In this document: one piece after another, positions 1-9,899 of the stretch
How positions within the stretch are numbered: the stretch's first letter is position 1
Layout of the letters: every line of letters starts with the position of its first letter
From: Ignavibacteriota bacterium
Lineage (GTDB): Bacteria; Bacteroidota; Ignavibacteria; Kapaibacteriales; UBA2268
Direction of reading: 5' to 3'
Assembly (NCBI GenBank): GCA_020437395.1
Contig: JAGQWJ010000005.1
Span: 13,693-77,692, forward strand
DNA: 64,000 bases
Notes under the pieces: generated by a model
Seen by the model: only the letters and a program-made list of their open reading frames with translations
The model's database searches: none
Told to the model about the DNA's origin: nothing
Program-made: the position numbers and the translations under genes

Positions 1-231
1 ATTAAATTGAAAGAAGATATTATTTGTAATAGAAAAGTTGATTTGCCAGGAGCTATTAGAGTTAGCTTTGGTATTTATAATTCATTCGAAGAAGTGGATT
101 ATCTAATTGATGCAATCAGAAACATAGTAGATGGTAAGATTGAAGGTGAATACTTTGTTGATGATCAATCTGGATTGTTTGAGCCGAAAGGATATAATTT
201 TGAGTTGAACGAGTACTTTAGCTATGATTAA
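1..231 (+). CDS. C-terminal fragment of a class-V PLP-dependent aminotransferase / cysteine desulfurase-like enzyme (gene runs off the left edge)
   Basis: Frame 1 is open from base 1. The tail block RVSFGIYNSFEEVDYLIDAI resembles the conserved C-terminus of class V aminotransferases. It overlaps the pdxH start by 8 nt. Confidence 0.55.
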   Translation: MKLKEDIICNRKVDLPGAIRVSFGIYNSFEEVDYLIDAIRNIVDGKIEGEYFVDDQSGLFEPKGYNFELNEYFSYD

Positions 232-865
232 TAATATTTCTGAAATAAGGCAAGAATATACAAAGTTTTCGTTGGATATAACTGATGTAAGCTCTACCCC
301 ATTTATTCAATTTAAAGAATGGTTTGAGACTGCAATTAAATCAGAATTGTTTTATGATCCAACATCATTTATCTTGTCAACATGTGGTAAAGATATGATA
401 CCGACTTCAAGAGTTTTATTACTTAAAGGATTTGATGAAAATGGATTCCAATTTTTTACAAATTATTCAAGTAAGAAAGGTAAAAATTTAAGTGAAAACC
501 CGAATGCTTCTATGCTATTTTTCTGGGATAAATTAGAAAGACAAGTCAGAATTAGTGGAATTATTTCGAGGTTAAACGACTCTGAATCAGAAAAGTATTT
601 TAATTCCAGACCTTATGAAAGCAGAATAGGAGCAATTGCATCTGAGCAGAGCTCTGAATTAAACTCAAAAGTTGACTTAGAAAATAAGATAAAAGAATTA
701 AAAATTAAATATCCAAGTAATCCCCCACGACCTATTAACTGGGGCGGATATAACTTAGTTCCTAACTCGTTTGAATTTTGGCAAGGTAGAGAAAGCAGAT
801 TACATGATAGAATAATTTATACTTTGAATGAGGGTAATTGGATTATTAATAGACTTTATCCTTAA
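224..865 (+). CDS. pdxH: Pyridoxamine 5'-phosphate oxidase
   Basis: 213-aa ORF with the PNPOx hallmark C-terminal block INWGGYNLVPNSFEFWQGRESRLHDRIIY, plus the FFTNYSSKKG and RQVRISG blocks. Confidence 0.9.
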   Translation: MINNISEIRQEYTKFSLDITDVSSTPFIQFKEWFETAIKSELFYDPTSFILSTCGKDMIPTSRVLLLKGFDENGFQFFTNYSSKKGKNLSENPNASMLFFWDKLERQVRISGIISRLNDSESEKYFNSRPYESRIGAIASEQSSELNSKVDLENKIKELKIKYPSNPPRPINWGGYNLVPNSFEFWQGRESRLHDRIIYTLNEGNWIINRLYP

Positions 866-2964
866 TCAATAAAGCTTTTCTCTAACTTCTTTTTATTCTC
901 GTATATTTGCTTATTCATACGCTCTATATGATTTTTTAAATCATCTATTTTAGATTCCTTGGCTCTTTTGTCAGCATTTAAAATCTCTAATTCTGTTGTT
1001 AATTTTTCAAATTCCTTTTCTTTGTTACTTTTATTTTGCTTCAATATATGTAATTCCTCTGACTTAAACTTTAGTCTAAAATAACGTAGAAGTCCATTCC
1101 CATATAAAAGTATTAGTAGTATTAATGTTATGATTATTATTAAATCAAAATTAGAAGAATCACCAAAAATAAATTCTGCAATTCTGTCCGAATTAAATAT
1201 TATTGCTACTGATAATACTAAAGCAACAAAATTTGTAGTTTTTTTCCACTTTGAATTTTGGTGAGTAAAAGGTTTTAAATCATTTTCTATTTCTCTTATT
1301 TCATTCTTTAAAGATATACTAATTTGTCCTTTTCTATCAGCTTCCTTTTCTAACAATTCTTTTTCATTTGTGTATTCCTTTATCTCGCTTCCAACACTTA
1401 CAACATCCTCTTGTAATATTTTATTTCTTTTTTCAATTTCTTCTTTATAGCCATCAAAAAATTTTGTTATTGATTTTCTTTTATCTTCATAATTATTTTT
1501 ATCTCTAATCTCATTATAAGTGATTAATTGTTTAGCATATTTTTCTTTTATTGATACAAATGTTTTATCTTTTTCAAAATAGTCTGATCTTCGATCTATC
1601 AATTGGTTCAAACTATTTTTATCCATCAAATAATTTTCCGCTAAGTATATCTTATCAAAACAATTAAAATATGCTAATTCTCTTAAAAGTTCGAATTCAC
1701 TATAATCTAAATGATTATACTCTTGATTCATCGTTTTGCTTATACTTAGAAGATCATCTTTATTAAAATCACTGAATGCGACTTCAAAAACTGCATAAAG
1801 TAATTCTTTTGCATTTTTTTCTAATCTGAATCCATTTTCATCATTTATTATAAAATCAGAAATTAAAACAATTGAATCAAATTCATTTTCATCTAAATTA
1901 ATCTCCTCAAATAGATTTAAGTCTTTTATATTAAAACAATCAAATACCGAAGAGAAAATAATTACTCTTTGATATTCAGGAGGTATATACTTCAATAAAC
2001 TATTTACTGCATAGAATACGGTAGATTTTTCATTATCATCTTCTATTTGAGTGTAGAAATCAGCTAATGCAGGAATTCCCATAATTGGGAGTTTAGTTAA
2101 ATCTTTTTCAGGGATTAATTCCTTATAATTTTCAAACATTTCATTTTCTGATATATATTCAAGCTGTAAATCAATAGAAACTATATCATTCCCATTGATT
2201 TTTAATGACTTGTTTCTGCTTATATAAATCAAATCAATATTAAAAAATTCACCAAAATAAATCTCTGTATCTTTTCCTTTGTAATCATAAAGAATCATAT
2301 CCCCCAATTTCTTAGATGTCATATAGTTGAAAAATAGCTTAAACCATTCCATCACTTTATTTGAAATATTTTGGGCGTCATCGAATATTAAAAGAATGCG
2401 AATAGGTTCTCTAGAAAGTAAATATTCTGATATAGAGTTTATTTGGTTATTTAAAGGGAAAAAATTATTTAGTAAGTCTGCTATCAAACATTCAATACTT
2501 ATCTCAAAGTAATTCAGAATTAAGTTTTTTTTCAGGTCATTCTTTATATTAGTTTCAATACTCTCTTTTAGAGAGTCATTTAACTTAATATTGCTCTCTA
2601 TTAATAATAACTCATTTATCTCCTTGAAAAGTTCTTTATGCGATATGTTTAATGAAGCTAAAGTATCAAAAAAGCTAGAAACAAAATATTTAGATTCATT
2701 TGATAAGAATTCAGGGTGTTGCAAATTAGAGTTTTCAAAGAAATCGGATGTTATATCAAATAGATAATTATATTTCTCCCAATCATTTATGTAGGAATAC
2801 ACATTATATTGATTTATAAATTCTATATCAGAAATAATTTTCTGTATAGAAGAAGTTTTACCTGATAAGAAGTCACCATTTATATTGATTATTTTAAATT
2901 TCTCTTTCTGAGAGCTAATTTCTTTAATGTTATTTATCAAATCTGTTCTGCTATTAAATTTCAT
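862..2964 (-). CDS. Membrane-anchored P-loop NTPase (STAND/AAA_16- or KAP-like N-terminus; C-terminal coiled-coil, 2 TM helices, coiled-coil)
   Basis: Walker A GDFLSGKTS near residue 30. Walker B-like RILLIFDDAQ near residue 190. A long helical middle region. Two hydrophobic helices (FVALVLSVAIIF and LIIIITLILLILLYG) are flanked by K/E-rich heptad-like segments. ATGA start/stop overlap with the upstream gene. The stop overlaps the convergent pdxH stop. Confidence 0.7.
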   Translation of the reverse strand: MKFNSRTDLINNIKEISSQKEKFKIININGDFLSGKTSSIQKIISDIEFINQYNVYSYINDWEKYNYLFDITSDFFENSNLQHPEFLSNESKYFVSSFFDTLASLNISHKELFKEINELLLIESNIKLNDSLKESIETNIKNDLKKNLILNYFEISIECLIADLLNNFFPLNNQINSISEYLLSREPIRILLIFDDAQNISNKVMEWFKLFFNYMTSKKLGDMILYDYKGKDTEIYFGEFFNIDLIYISRNKSLKINGNDIVSIDLQLEYISENEMFENYKELIPEKDLTKLPIMGIPALADFYTQIEDDNEKSTVFYAVNSLLKYIPPEYQRVIIFSSVFDCFNIKDLNLFEEINLDENEFDSIVLISDFIINDENGFRLEKNAKELLYAVFEVAFSDFNKDDLLSISKTMNQEYNHLDYSEFELLRELAYFNCFDKIYLAENYLMDKNSLNQLIDRRSDYFEKDKTFVSIKEKYAKQLITYNEIRDKNNYEDKRKSITKFFDGYKEEIEKRNKILQEDVVSVGSEIKEYTNEKELLEKEADRKGQISISLKNEIREIENDLKPFTHQNSKWKKTTNFVALVLSVAIIFNSDRIAEFIFGDSSNFDLIIIITLILLILLYGNGLLRYFRLKFKSEELHILKQNKSNKEKEFEKLTTELEILNADKRAKESKIDDLKNHIERMNKQIYENKKKLEKSFID

Positions 2965-3365
2965 AGCTTGAATCCCATTTTTACTTCTGTACCATTACTT
3001 GTACTATCTATTTCCATCTCGTCTGTCAACTTTCTAATAAGAAAAACACCTCTACCAGATTGTTTTAATAAATTCTCAGGCAAAGTCGGATCAGGGATAT
3101 TAGATTCAACAAACCCAACTCCTTCATCTTTGACATAAATTATAAAATATTGTGTATTTTTTTCTAGAGTAATTATTACTTTCTTTTCTGGATTTTTTTT
3201 ATTTCCATGGTAAATTGCATTATTAACTGCTTCTGTAAAAGCTATTAGGATATTCATAAAGCTGTTATCTAACTCAATTAGATACTCTGTACGAAAATCG
3301 TTCAAAAATTCCTCTGCTTTTAGAAGAGTATTGTTATCTGTATCTATTATTATTTCTTTTCTCAT
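2961..3365 (-). CDS. RsbW/SpoIIAB-like GHKL ATPase (anti-sigma-factor-type serine kinase fold)
   Basis: 134 aa. N-box EAVNNAIYHG, G1 box KDEGVGF, G2 box SGRGVFLIRKL. ATGA overlaps on both sides indicate translational coupling. Confidence 0.8.
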   Translation of the reverse strand: MRKEIIIDTDNNTLLKAEEFLNDFRTEYLIELDNSFMNILIAFTEAVNNAIYHGNKKNPEKKVIITLEKNTQYFIIYVKDEGVGFVESNIPDPTLPENLLKQSGRGVFLIRKLTDEMEIDSTSNGTEVKMGFKL

Positions 3366-5239
3366 AGTTTTATATTTGTTGACAAATAAAAATTTACCAA
3401 CTCATTTTTCCTATCAATATTAATTGATTGAAATTCATACCAGAAATCAAATTTTATAGTATTCATCGAATCGTATGTATATTCAAAAATCAATTCGGGA
3501 GCTATAGATTCGAAGTCGTTTAAAATAACATTATTTTGTGAAATAAACTCACTAATTCTTATATCTTTACGCTTAAAGTACCTAACTCCTGCCCCAAAAA
3601 TATAATTTTCCTCTCTTTTTATTATCAATCCTTTTAAAAACATTTCAAAATTTGATCTTTGAGGTTGCTCGGAAAATTCGTCCCAATATAATATTCCCCT
3701 TTCTGAATACCTTAATTCATCTTTTGTTTCAAAATATAAATTCTTATTTAGTCTTATTTGAAGTGAGTCAAGATAAGAAACTTCACGAAAACTAAAGCTA
3801 TTAATACCTGTAATTACATTTTCAAAATCGTATGTTGTATAGTTTGCATTTATACCAAAAATTGGCTTGTAATATAGTTCATCTGACATAAGTAAAATAG
3901 TTGGAGCAAGTTTTATTAATCTATTCCAATTATTAGAAGAACTCCTTTGTGATTTTAAGTAAACATAATGAAAAAATCTGAATTCATTCCTAATACCAAT
4001 TGAGAGTATTCTAGACACTCTCCTCAAATATTCGATATCACCAGCAAAAGATAATTCATCTCTATCATCATTATTCTTGTCTGAAGGAGTATCAAATCTC
4101 AATATTCTGTAATCTGTACCTATACTCAATGAATCGTACCATGAAAGCTTAATGTAACTATTGAATTTGAGATTTAAATATGTTTCTATTCTGTCTTGTC
4201 TGTTCTGATCCGATTTATAAAGTTCAAATTGATTAGAAGGTAAGTCTAGTATATTTATGGCTGAATAGTCTTCGTCTGTCCTGTTGTAATTAATAAATGA
4301 GTATAAAGAAAAATCAGTTATCTTATAATTCATAGAATTTGAAATATCAAAGTTATAAAGATTAACTTCTCGCTTAAAATTTGATTCATTTATTGAGAGA
4401 AAGTTGGATAAATAATGGTTTGAAATTAGTTCATTATTAAAAGCTAATGAAGTAACATTCGTAATATTCTTTAATAATTGGAAATTAAAATTTGTTCTGA
4501 GTTGAATTTTGTCAGATTTTCTACTTCTAATTGGTATATCGCTTATTCCTGGATTAATCTCAGGATTATCTCTATTTCTATTCAAATAACCTATATCAAA
4601 TGAAATTGAACTTGTTTCATCGAAGGATTTAATGGAACTGAAACTTATATTAATATCTTGATTTTTTCTTCCATCTTCTAAATTAACTATATCTGCAAAA
4701 CCCTGACTGTAAATAAATATGTCTTCAAAATCTAGTTTATTAATTGAATAATTTCCATAGTAATAGTTCCCAATATTTTCTAATCCCACAGTTGTATTTC
4801 TTTCTTTACCGTAACCAGCTTCAAAGTATGAATCACTAAAAAAATGATATTTTACTCCTAGTAGAAAATTCAATCTTTCTAATTTATTCTGACCAAAATT
4901 CAATGTGTTAGATGAGATAAACCAATTGTTCTTATTAAATAAGAATAAATCGTTTGTTACTTCATAGTCATAGTTAACTCGTAGCTTTTGAGTTTCTTGA
5001 AAAGAGCTACTATTTACTAGAGGAGTACCTTGTCCGTTATAACTTTGCAAAACATATATATTTCCAAAATTACCTTTCTTATTGAGGAAAAAATCATTAC
5101 TAAAATTATAAATATTTTGAAATTTATATGATCCTGTTCGTAAATAGCTGCTATCTTGAACAAAGTAAATAGGTTCAAATATTGCCTGTGCATTAGTTGA
5201 GTAAGTGACAATAGCTATGAAAATTAAGATACGAAACAA
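3362..5239 (-). CDS. Secreted outer-membrane beta-barrel-like protein, function unknown
   Basis: 625 aa. N-terminal signal peptide MFRILIFIAIVTYSTNAQA. Aromatic/Asn/Ser-rich alternating pattern typical of OMP strands. Apparent TTG start at 5239, since the nearby ATG at 5246 is out of frame. Confidence 0.6.
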   Translation of the reverse strand: MFRILIFIAIVTYSTNAQAIFEPIYFVQDSSYLRTGSYKFQNIYNFSNDFFLNKKGNFGNIYVLQSYNGQGTPLVNSSSFQETQKLRVNYDYEVTNDLFLFNKNNWFISSNTLNFGQNKLERLNFLLGVKYHFFSDSYFEAGYGKERNTTVGLENIGNYYYGNYSINKLDFEDIFIYSQGFADIVNLEDGRKNQDINISFSSIKSFDETSSISFDIGYLNRNRDNPEINPGISDIPIRSRKSDKIQLRTNFNFQLLKNITNVTSLAFNNELISNHYLSNFLSINESNFKREVNLYNFDISNSMNYKITDFSLYSFINYNRTDEDYSAINILDLPSNQFELYKSDQNRQDRIETYLNLKFNSYIKLSWYDSLSIGTDYRILRFDTPSDKNNDDRDELSFAGDIEYLRRVSRILSIGIRNEFRFFHYVYLKSQRSSSNNWNRLIKLAPTILLMSDELYYKPIFGINANYTTYDFENVITGINSFSFREVSYLDSLQIRLNKNLYFETKDELRYSERGILYWDEFSEQPQRSNFEMFLKGLIIKREENYIFGAGVRYFKRKDIRISEFISQNNVILNDFESIAPELIFEYTYDSMNTIKFDFWYEFQSINIDRKNELVNFYLSTNIKL

Positions 5240-5249
5240 ATTTCATTAT

Positions 5250-5268
5250 GGTAATAATTATTATTACC
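5250..5268. repeat. Perfect palindrome GGTAATAAT-T-ATTATTACC between the truncated clpB stop and the OMP-like gene start
   Basis: Read directly from the sequence: 9-nt arms with a 1-nt centre. It could be a hairpin/terminator remnant or an operator. Confidence 0.6.
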
Positions 5269-5307
5269 CTAAAGTAGAGAATAATAATCACTATAAAAAC
5301 AATTTGA

Positions 5308-6618
5308 TTAATTATTTTTTAGTTCATTCAAAATTGCCTGTTTCTCAATCTCTAGTTGTCTGATTTTTCTTTCGATTTCATCTAATTCTTGAGGCATAGA
5401 ATCCATATCAATCCTTAATCTTGCTGCAGCTTCATCGATTAAGTCAATAGCTTTGTCAGGTAGAAATCTCTCCGTTATATATCTATTTGAAAGTTCGACC
5501 GAAGAAACTATGGCTTGATCTGTTATCTTTACTCCATGATGCACTTCATATTTTTCTTTTAGTCCTCTAAGTATAGATATTGCATCTTCAACTGTTGGCT
5601 CTTCTATAAGAACTTGTTGAAATCTCCGTTCAAGTGCTGCATCTTTTTCAATATGTTTCTGATATTCATCAAGTGTGGTTGCTCCAATAAGTCTTAATTC
5701 TCCTCTCGCTAATGCAGGTTTAAGTATATTGGCGGCATCCATACTTCCTGAAGTAGCACCCGCACCAATTAAAGTGTGTATTTCATCTATAAATAGAAAT
5801 ATTTCACCATTCGAATCGGTTACCTCTTTTACAATGGCTTTAAGTCTTTCTTCAAATTGTCCTCTGTAACTAGTTCCTGCTACCAAGGTACCCATATCAA
5901 GAGAAATTAGAGTTTTATTCTTTAATCCATCAGGTACATCTCCTGATACGATACGTTGTGCAATTCCTTCCACAATTGCTGTTTTTCCAACTCCCGGTTC
6001 TCCTATTAATAAGGGATTATTTTTAGTTCTTCTTGCTAAAACTTGTAATACCCTACGTATTTCACTGTCTCTACCAATAACAGGATCTATTTTTCCTTTT
6101 TGGGCTTCTAAGTTTAGGTTCCTACCATATTTATTCAGAGAATCATATTTATCTTCGGCATTCTTATCTGAAGCCGAATGAGTGCCTCTTATATCTTTCA
6201 TAATTCTATATACTTCTTGTTTATTAATTCCATATTCATTTAATAGTTTTGAAACTGAATTATTACTTTCAACAATACCTATTAACAGATGTTCTGAACT
6301 AATGTACTCGTCTTTTAAAGTTTTTGCTTCACTTTCGGCTATTGAAAATAATTTACGTAAATCATTTGAGATATAGCTATCAGATTCTGAAGTGATTACT
6401 TTCGGGTATTTTTCAATTAAGTTAATAATCTTAATTTTGAGTACGTCTGATTTATCTGTTATTCTTGAAATTATGTTATACACAATACCATCATTATCTT
6501 GAATCAAAGCTGCAAATAAGTGAGCCGGTTCTATTGCCTGATTATTATAACTTTTTGCAATTTGAGAAGCTGTATTAATTGCTTCTTGTGACTTTATTGT
6601 ATAATTATCAAAATTCAT
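5308..6618 (-). CDS. clpB: ClpB-like chaperone truncated after the N-domain, NBD1 and the start of the M-domain (436 aa instead of the usual roughly 850-870)
   Basis: Clp N-repeat region. Walker [10 protein letters not shown], Walker B FLFIDEIH, sensor/arginine-finger block LERRFQ. M-domain start [17 protein letters not shown] is followed by a stop after 9 more codons. No NBD2 coding sequence follows before the next gene. Confidence 0.8.
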   Translation of the reverse strand: MNFDNYTIKSQEAINTASQIAKSYNNQAIEPAHLFAALIQDNDGIVYNIISRITDKSDVLKIKIINLIEKYPKVITSESDSYISNDLRKLFSIAESEAKTLKDEYISSEHLLIGIVESNNSVSKLLNEYGINKQEVYRIMKDIRGTHSASDKNAEDKYDSLNKYGRNLNLEAQKGKIDPVIGRDSEIRRVLQVLARRTKNNPLLIGEPGVGKTAIVEGIAQRIVSGDVPDGLKNKTLISLDMGTLVAGTSYRGQFEERLKAIVKEVTDSNGEIFLFIDEIHTLIGAGATSGSMDAANILKPALARGELRLIGATTLDEYQKHIEKDAALERRFQQVLIEEPTVEDAISILRGLKEKYEVHHGVKITDQAIVSSVELSNRYITERFLPDKAIDLIDEAAARLRIDMDSMPQELDEIERKIRQLEIEKQAILNELKNN

Positions 6619-6817
6619 TTTCTTAGTTCTATTCTTAGTTAACTATATCAAAGACGAAATAAATTAATATAAATTGATACATCAAAGAGCTAAAGAACTA
6701 TCAGAAAAAAGTTATTCGATTTTTGAAGCAACTAATAAATTTTTACGTATCTATTTCCATACATTACCAAATAATTGTATAATTTATAAGTTGTACGATT
6801 GTAACTATGGAGATTTA

Positions 6818-8389
6818 ATGAAAAGTAAAGGCAATATTCTTTGGATTGATGATGAGATAGAAGTATTGAAACCACATATAATTCTATTAGAAAAAAGAGG
6901 TTATGATGTTGACAAAGCAACAAATGGTGAAGATGCAATTGAGTTAGTAAAAACTAAACATTATGACTTAATATTTTTAGATGAGAATATGGTAGGTTTA
7001 TCTGGACTTGATACATTGCCTGAGCTTAAAAAAATAGATGCAGCTTCTGCAGTTGTAATGGTTACTAAAAATGAAGCAGAAAGTGTAATGGAAGAGGCAA
7101 TTGGGTTAAAAATAGATGACTACTTAACAAAACCAGTAAACCCAGCTCAAATTTTATTAGCTTGTAAAAAATTCTTAGAAACAGAAAGAATAGAAACTGA
7201 GAAATTCACTCAAGACTATATGAAAGGTTTTTCGGAAGTTAGTAGACAACTAATGGGGCCTATGGTTTGGAATGACTGGGTTGATATATATAAAAAGTTG
7301 GTTCAATGGTCTTTTGAGTTAGATAAACACCCAGATTCTGGATTAAAAGAAACTTTGAGTAACCAATGGAGCGATTCAAACTCTTATTTTTCAAAATTCG
7401 TTGAAGAAAATTATGTGAACTGGATTAATAGTGAAGAAAAGGAAGAATTACCACTATTTTCGCCAGACATTTTAGATGCTTATCTCTGGGAAGAAGTTGA
7501 AAAAGATGGACCTACATTTCTTTTTGTTGTAGATTGTATGAGATATGACCAATGGTTATTATTCGAAGAGGTACTAAGACAATACTATACTTTTGATACA
7601 AATTTCTATTGTTCAATATTACCTACAGCAACTCCTTATTGCAGAAACTCACTTTTTGCTGGGCTATTTCCATCGGACATAAAGAAATATTATCCTCAAT
7701 ATTGGCAAGTTGAAGTTAACAGTGAAGAACATACACAGAATAAATTTGAAAAAGAACTAATGCAGTCTTGGATACAACGAAGACGAATAAAATTGAAAAA
7801 TGACCCCGTTTATATAAAAATATTTGACACAGACTATGGTAAACGAGTTGAAAAAGACATTTTAAAATTTGCTAATAATGATTTAACGGCTATTGTTTTG
7901 AATGCTGTTGATATGATAGCCCATTCACGTTCGGATTATGCAATCTTAAAAGAAATTGCACCAGATGAATCTGCTTATAGATCACTGACAAGTTCTTGGT
8001 TTAAACATTCTAGTTTTTTAGGGATGTTAAAACAATTATCTAATGTAAAAGATGCTAAAATTATTATTACAACTGACCATGGTTCAATAAGATGTCTCAG
8101 AGGCGTGAAAGTATTAGGAGATAGAGATACATCTACCTCACTCAGATATAAATTTGGAAAGAATGTTAAAGCTGATCCAAAAATGGCAATGCAAATAAGT
8201 AATCCTGAGGATATAAAGATACCAAAAGAAGGTATTACCGTTAACAATATCATAGCAAAAGAAGATTATTACTTTGTTTATCCAACTGACTATCATCATT
8301 ATTTGAATAAGTATAGAGATAGTTTTCAGCATGGTGGGATTTCTATGGAAGAAATGATAATACCAGTAATAAAATTAAAAAGTAGGTAA
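6818..8389 (+). CDS. porX: PorX-type response regulator: CheY-like receiver fused to a PglZ/alkaline-phosphatase-superfamily domain
   Basis: Receiver motifs ILWIDDE, LIFLDENM and TKP. PglZ-like blocks FLFVVDCMRYDQW, TATPYCRNSLFAG, NAVDMIAHS, TTDHGS and QHGGIS. I prefer ATG 6818 (GGAG 8 nt upstream) over the TTG at 6674 in the ORF track. Confidence 0.8.
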   Translation: MKSKGNILWIDDEIEVLKPHIILLEKRGYDVDKATNGEDAIELVKTKHYDLIFLDENMVGLSGLDTLPELKKIDAASAVVMVTKNEAESVMEEAIGLKIDDYLTKPVNPAQILLACKKFLETERIETEKFTQDYMKGFSEVSRQLMGPMVWNDWVDIYKKLVQWSFELDKHPDSGLKETLSNQWSDSNSYFSKFVEENYVNWINSEEKEELPLFSPDILDAYLWEEVEKDGPTFLFVVDCMRYDQWLLFEEVLRQYYTFDTNFYCSILPTATPYCRNSLFAGLFPSDIKKYYPQYWQVEVNSEEHTQNKFEKELMQSWIQRRRIKLKNDPVYIKIFDTDYGKRVEKDILKFANNDLTAIVLNAVDMIAHSRSDYAILKEIAPDESAYRSLTSSWFKHSSFLGMLKQLSNVKDAKIIITTDHGSIRCLRGVKVLGDRDTSTSLRYKFGKNVKADPKMAMQISNPEDIKIPKEGITVNNIIAKEDYYFVYPTDYHHYLNKYRDSFQHGGISMEEMIIPVIKLKSR

Positions 8390-8428
8390 TTTTTTTATTT
8401 GACAATAACTTTTGCTAATTTTGTTGTT

Positions 8429-8890
8429 ATGCTTGAAACAAAATATACAACAACTAGCGAAGAAGAAACAATCGAGCTTGGAAGTAAGTTTGCTAAAAGA
8501 CTTAATCCTGGTGATATAGTTTATCTTTACGGTGATTTGGGTTCTGGTAAAACTGAATTTATCAAGGGTATTTGTGAGTATTTTAACGTAGAAGATATGG
8601 TAACCTCCCCTACTTTTACTATTATGAACAAATATATAGGTGAATACAGGAATCAAGAAATTCCGATTTACCATATAGACCTTTATAGAATTGAGCAAAA
8701 TAAAGAATTAAATGAAATTGGTTTTTCCGAATGTTTGTATGAAGAAAATTCTATAAAATTGATAGAATGGGCTGAAAAAGCAGAGAAACAATTAAACAAA
8801 CCATCATTTATAGTAAAAATCATTCCTGATGAAGATAAAGAGAATATTAGAGAAATTTATATTTCTGAATCAGAAGTAGTCCTTAATTAA
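8429..8890 (+). CDS. tsaE: tRNA threonylcarbamoyladenosine (t6A) biosynthesis ATPase TsaE
   Basis: YLYGDLGSGKTEFIKG P-loop and SPTFTI block. ATG at 8429 is preferred to the TTG at 8399. Confidence 0.85.
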   Translation: MLETKYTTTSEEETIELGSKFAKRLNPGDIVYLYGDLGSGKTEFIKGICEYFNVEDMVTSPTFTIMNKYIGEYRNQEIPIYHIDLYRIEQNKELNEIGFSECLYEENSIKLIEWAEKAEKQLNKPSFIVKIIPDEDKENIREIYISESEVVLN

Positions 8891-8903
8891 TTATATTTGC
8901 CTA

Positions 8904-9899
8904 ATGGAAAGGCAACAATTTAATTTATATACTCGAATAAAAAGTTGGTTCAGAACTGACTCACCTGTTTTTACTACAAGAATTTCTTTGGTATTAACAA
9001 TTTTTATTTCATTATTTGGCATAACTTTAGGAATTGTTGAAGATTCATTGGCAGTGAAAACAAATGGAATTATTTCAGCTCTTGATATACTAAATTCATT
9101 TCTTTTCGTAAATGCTGTAAATATGAGTGTTCGTAATCCTGACTATATATTTAATTATGGTTATGGTAAATATGAAAGCATATCTATCTTAGGTTCCTCT
9201 CTTTTATTACTTTTAGTATTGGGTTATACGAGTATAGAAGCCATTTCCAATTTAGGTAAAACCAATGTTGCAGACAGTAATTACTTTATTTTGATGATAT
9301 TCTCATCAATCTCTTTTTTACTAATGCGAATAGTTTACAGAATCCAAAAACACTCATCTAAGAAATTCGGTATGCCTATATTGGAATATGATGCAAATTT
9401 ATGGAAATACGATAGTTTTATAGAATTATTCGTTTTACTAAATTTGATTATCGGGCTTGGATTACAAATCTTAGAGTTTAGATATATAGGTCTGATGATA
9501 GACTCCGGTGTAGCAATTTTGCTAACACTATTTGCATTAGTAGTTCCATTAAAAGGATCTAAAGATGCATTGAATCAATTACTAGACAGAACAATACCCG
9601 ATGAAGTTCAATTAAAGTTTTTAAGTGTTATTACGAAAAACCATACAAACATTTGTGAATTTAAAGCTATTCATACCAGGCAGTCTGGTAAAGATATTTT
9701 TATTGAGCTAGATATAATTCTGCCATTTGATGAAAGTATGGAATACAAAGATACTCTCGAAAAGAAAATAGCTAAAGAAATTATAGACATAAATTCAAAT
9801 GCAGTCCCAAGAGTCTATGCTAAAGCATGCGAAGGTAAATGTTTGGATAAAGAAAAAAGAAATTGCCCTATCCACAAATTTAGGAACTTAAATGGCTGA
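8904..9899 (+). CDS. Cation diffusion facilitator (CDF) family metal efflux transporter with a Cys/His-rich tail
   Basis: Six predicted hydrophobic helices followed by a cytoplasmic block [19 protein letters not shown] typical of the CDF C-terminal domain. The tail [16 protein letters not shown] suggests metal binding. Confidence 0.72.
   Translation: MERQQFNLYTRIKSWFRTDSPVFTTRISLVLTIFISLFGITLGIVEDSLAVKTNGIISALDILNSFLFVNAVNMSVRNPDYIFNYGYGKYESISILGSSLLLLLVLGYTSIEAISNLGKTNVADSNYFILMIFSSISFLLMRIVYRIQKHSSKKFGMPILEYDANLWKYDSFIELFVLLNLIIGLGLQILEFRYIGLMIDSGVAILLTLFALVVPLKGSKDALNQLLDRTIPDEVQLKFLSVITKNHTNICEFKAIHTRQSGKDIFIELDIILPFDESMEYKDTLEKKIAKEIIDINSNAVPRVYAKACEGKCLDKEKRNCPIHKFRNLNG

Noticed and set aside
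6674-6817. TTG-initiated 48-codon N-terminal extension of the PorX-like ORF. There are similar TTG/GTG extensions at 8399, 15671, 38750, 43875 and 52233.
   Set aside because: The extensions add non-conserved sequence upstream of an in-frame ATG. That ATG starts exactly at the expected domain boundary or signal peptide, in some cases with a GGAG/AGGA upstream.
6818-8389. PglZ domain as a marker of a BREX phage-defence system.
   Set aside because: The domain is fused to a receiver (PorX architecture). None of the BREX partners (PglX methyltransferase, BrxC ATPase, BrxL and others) are nearby.
8375-8698. 107-aa minus-strand ORF spanning the porX/tsaE junction.
   Set aside because: It is antisense to two well-supported genes, and its translation has no features.
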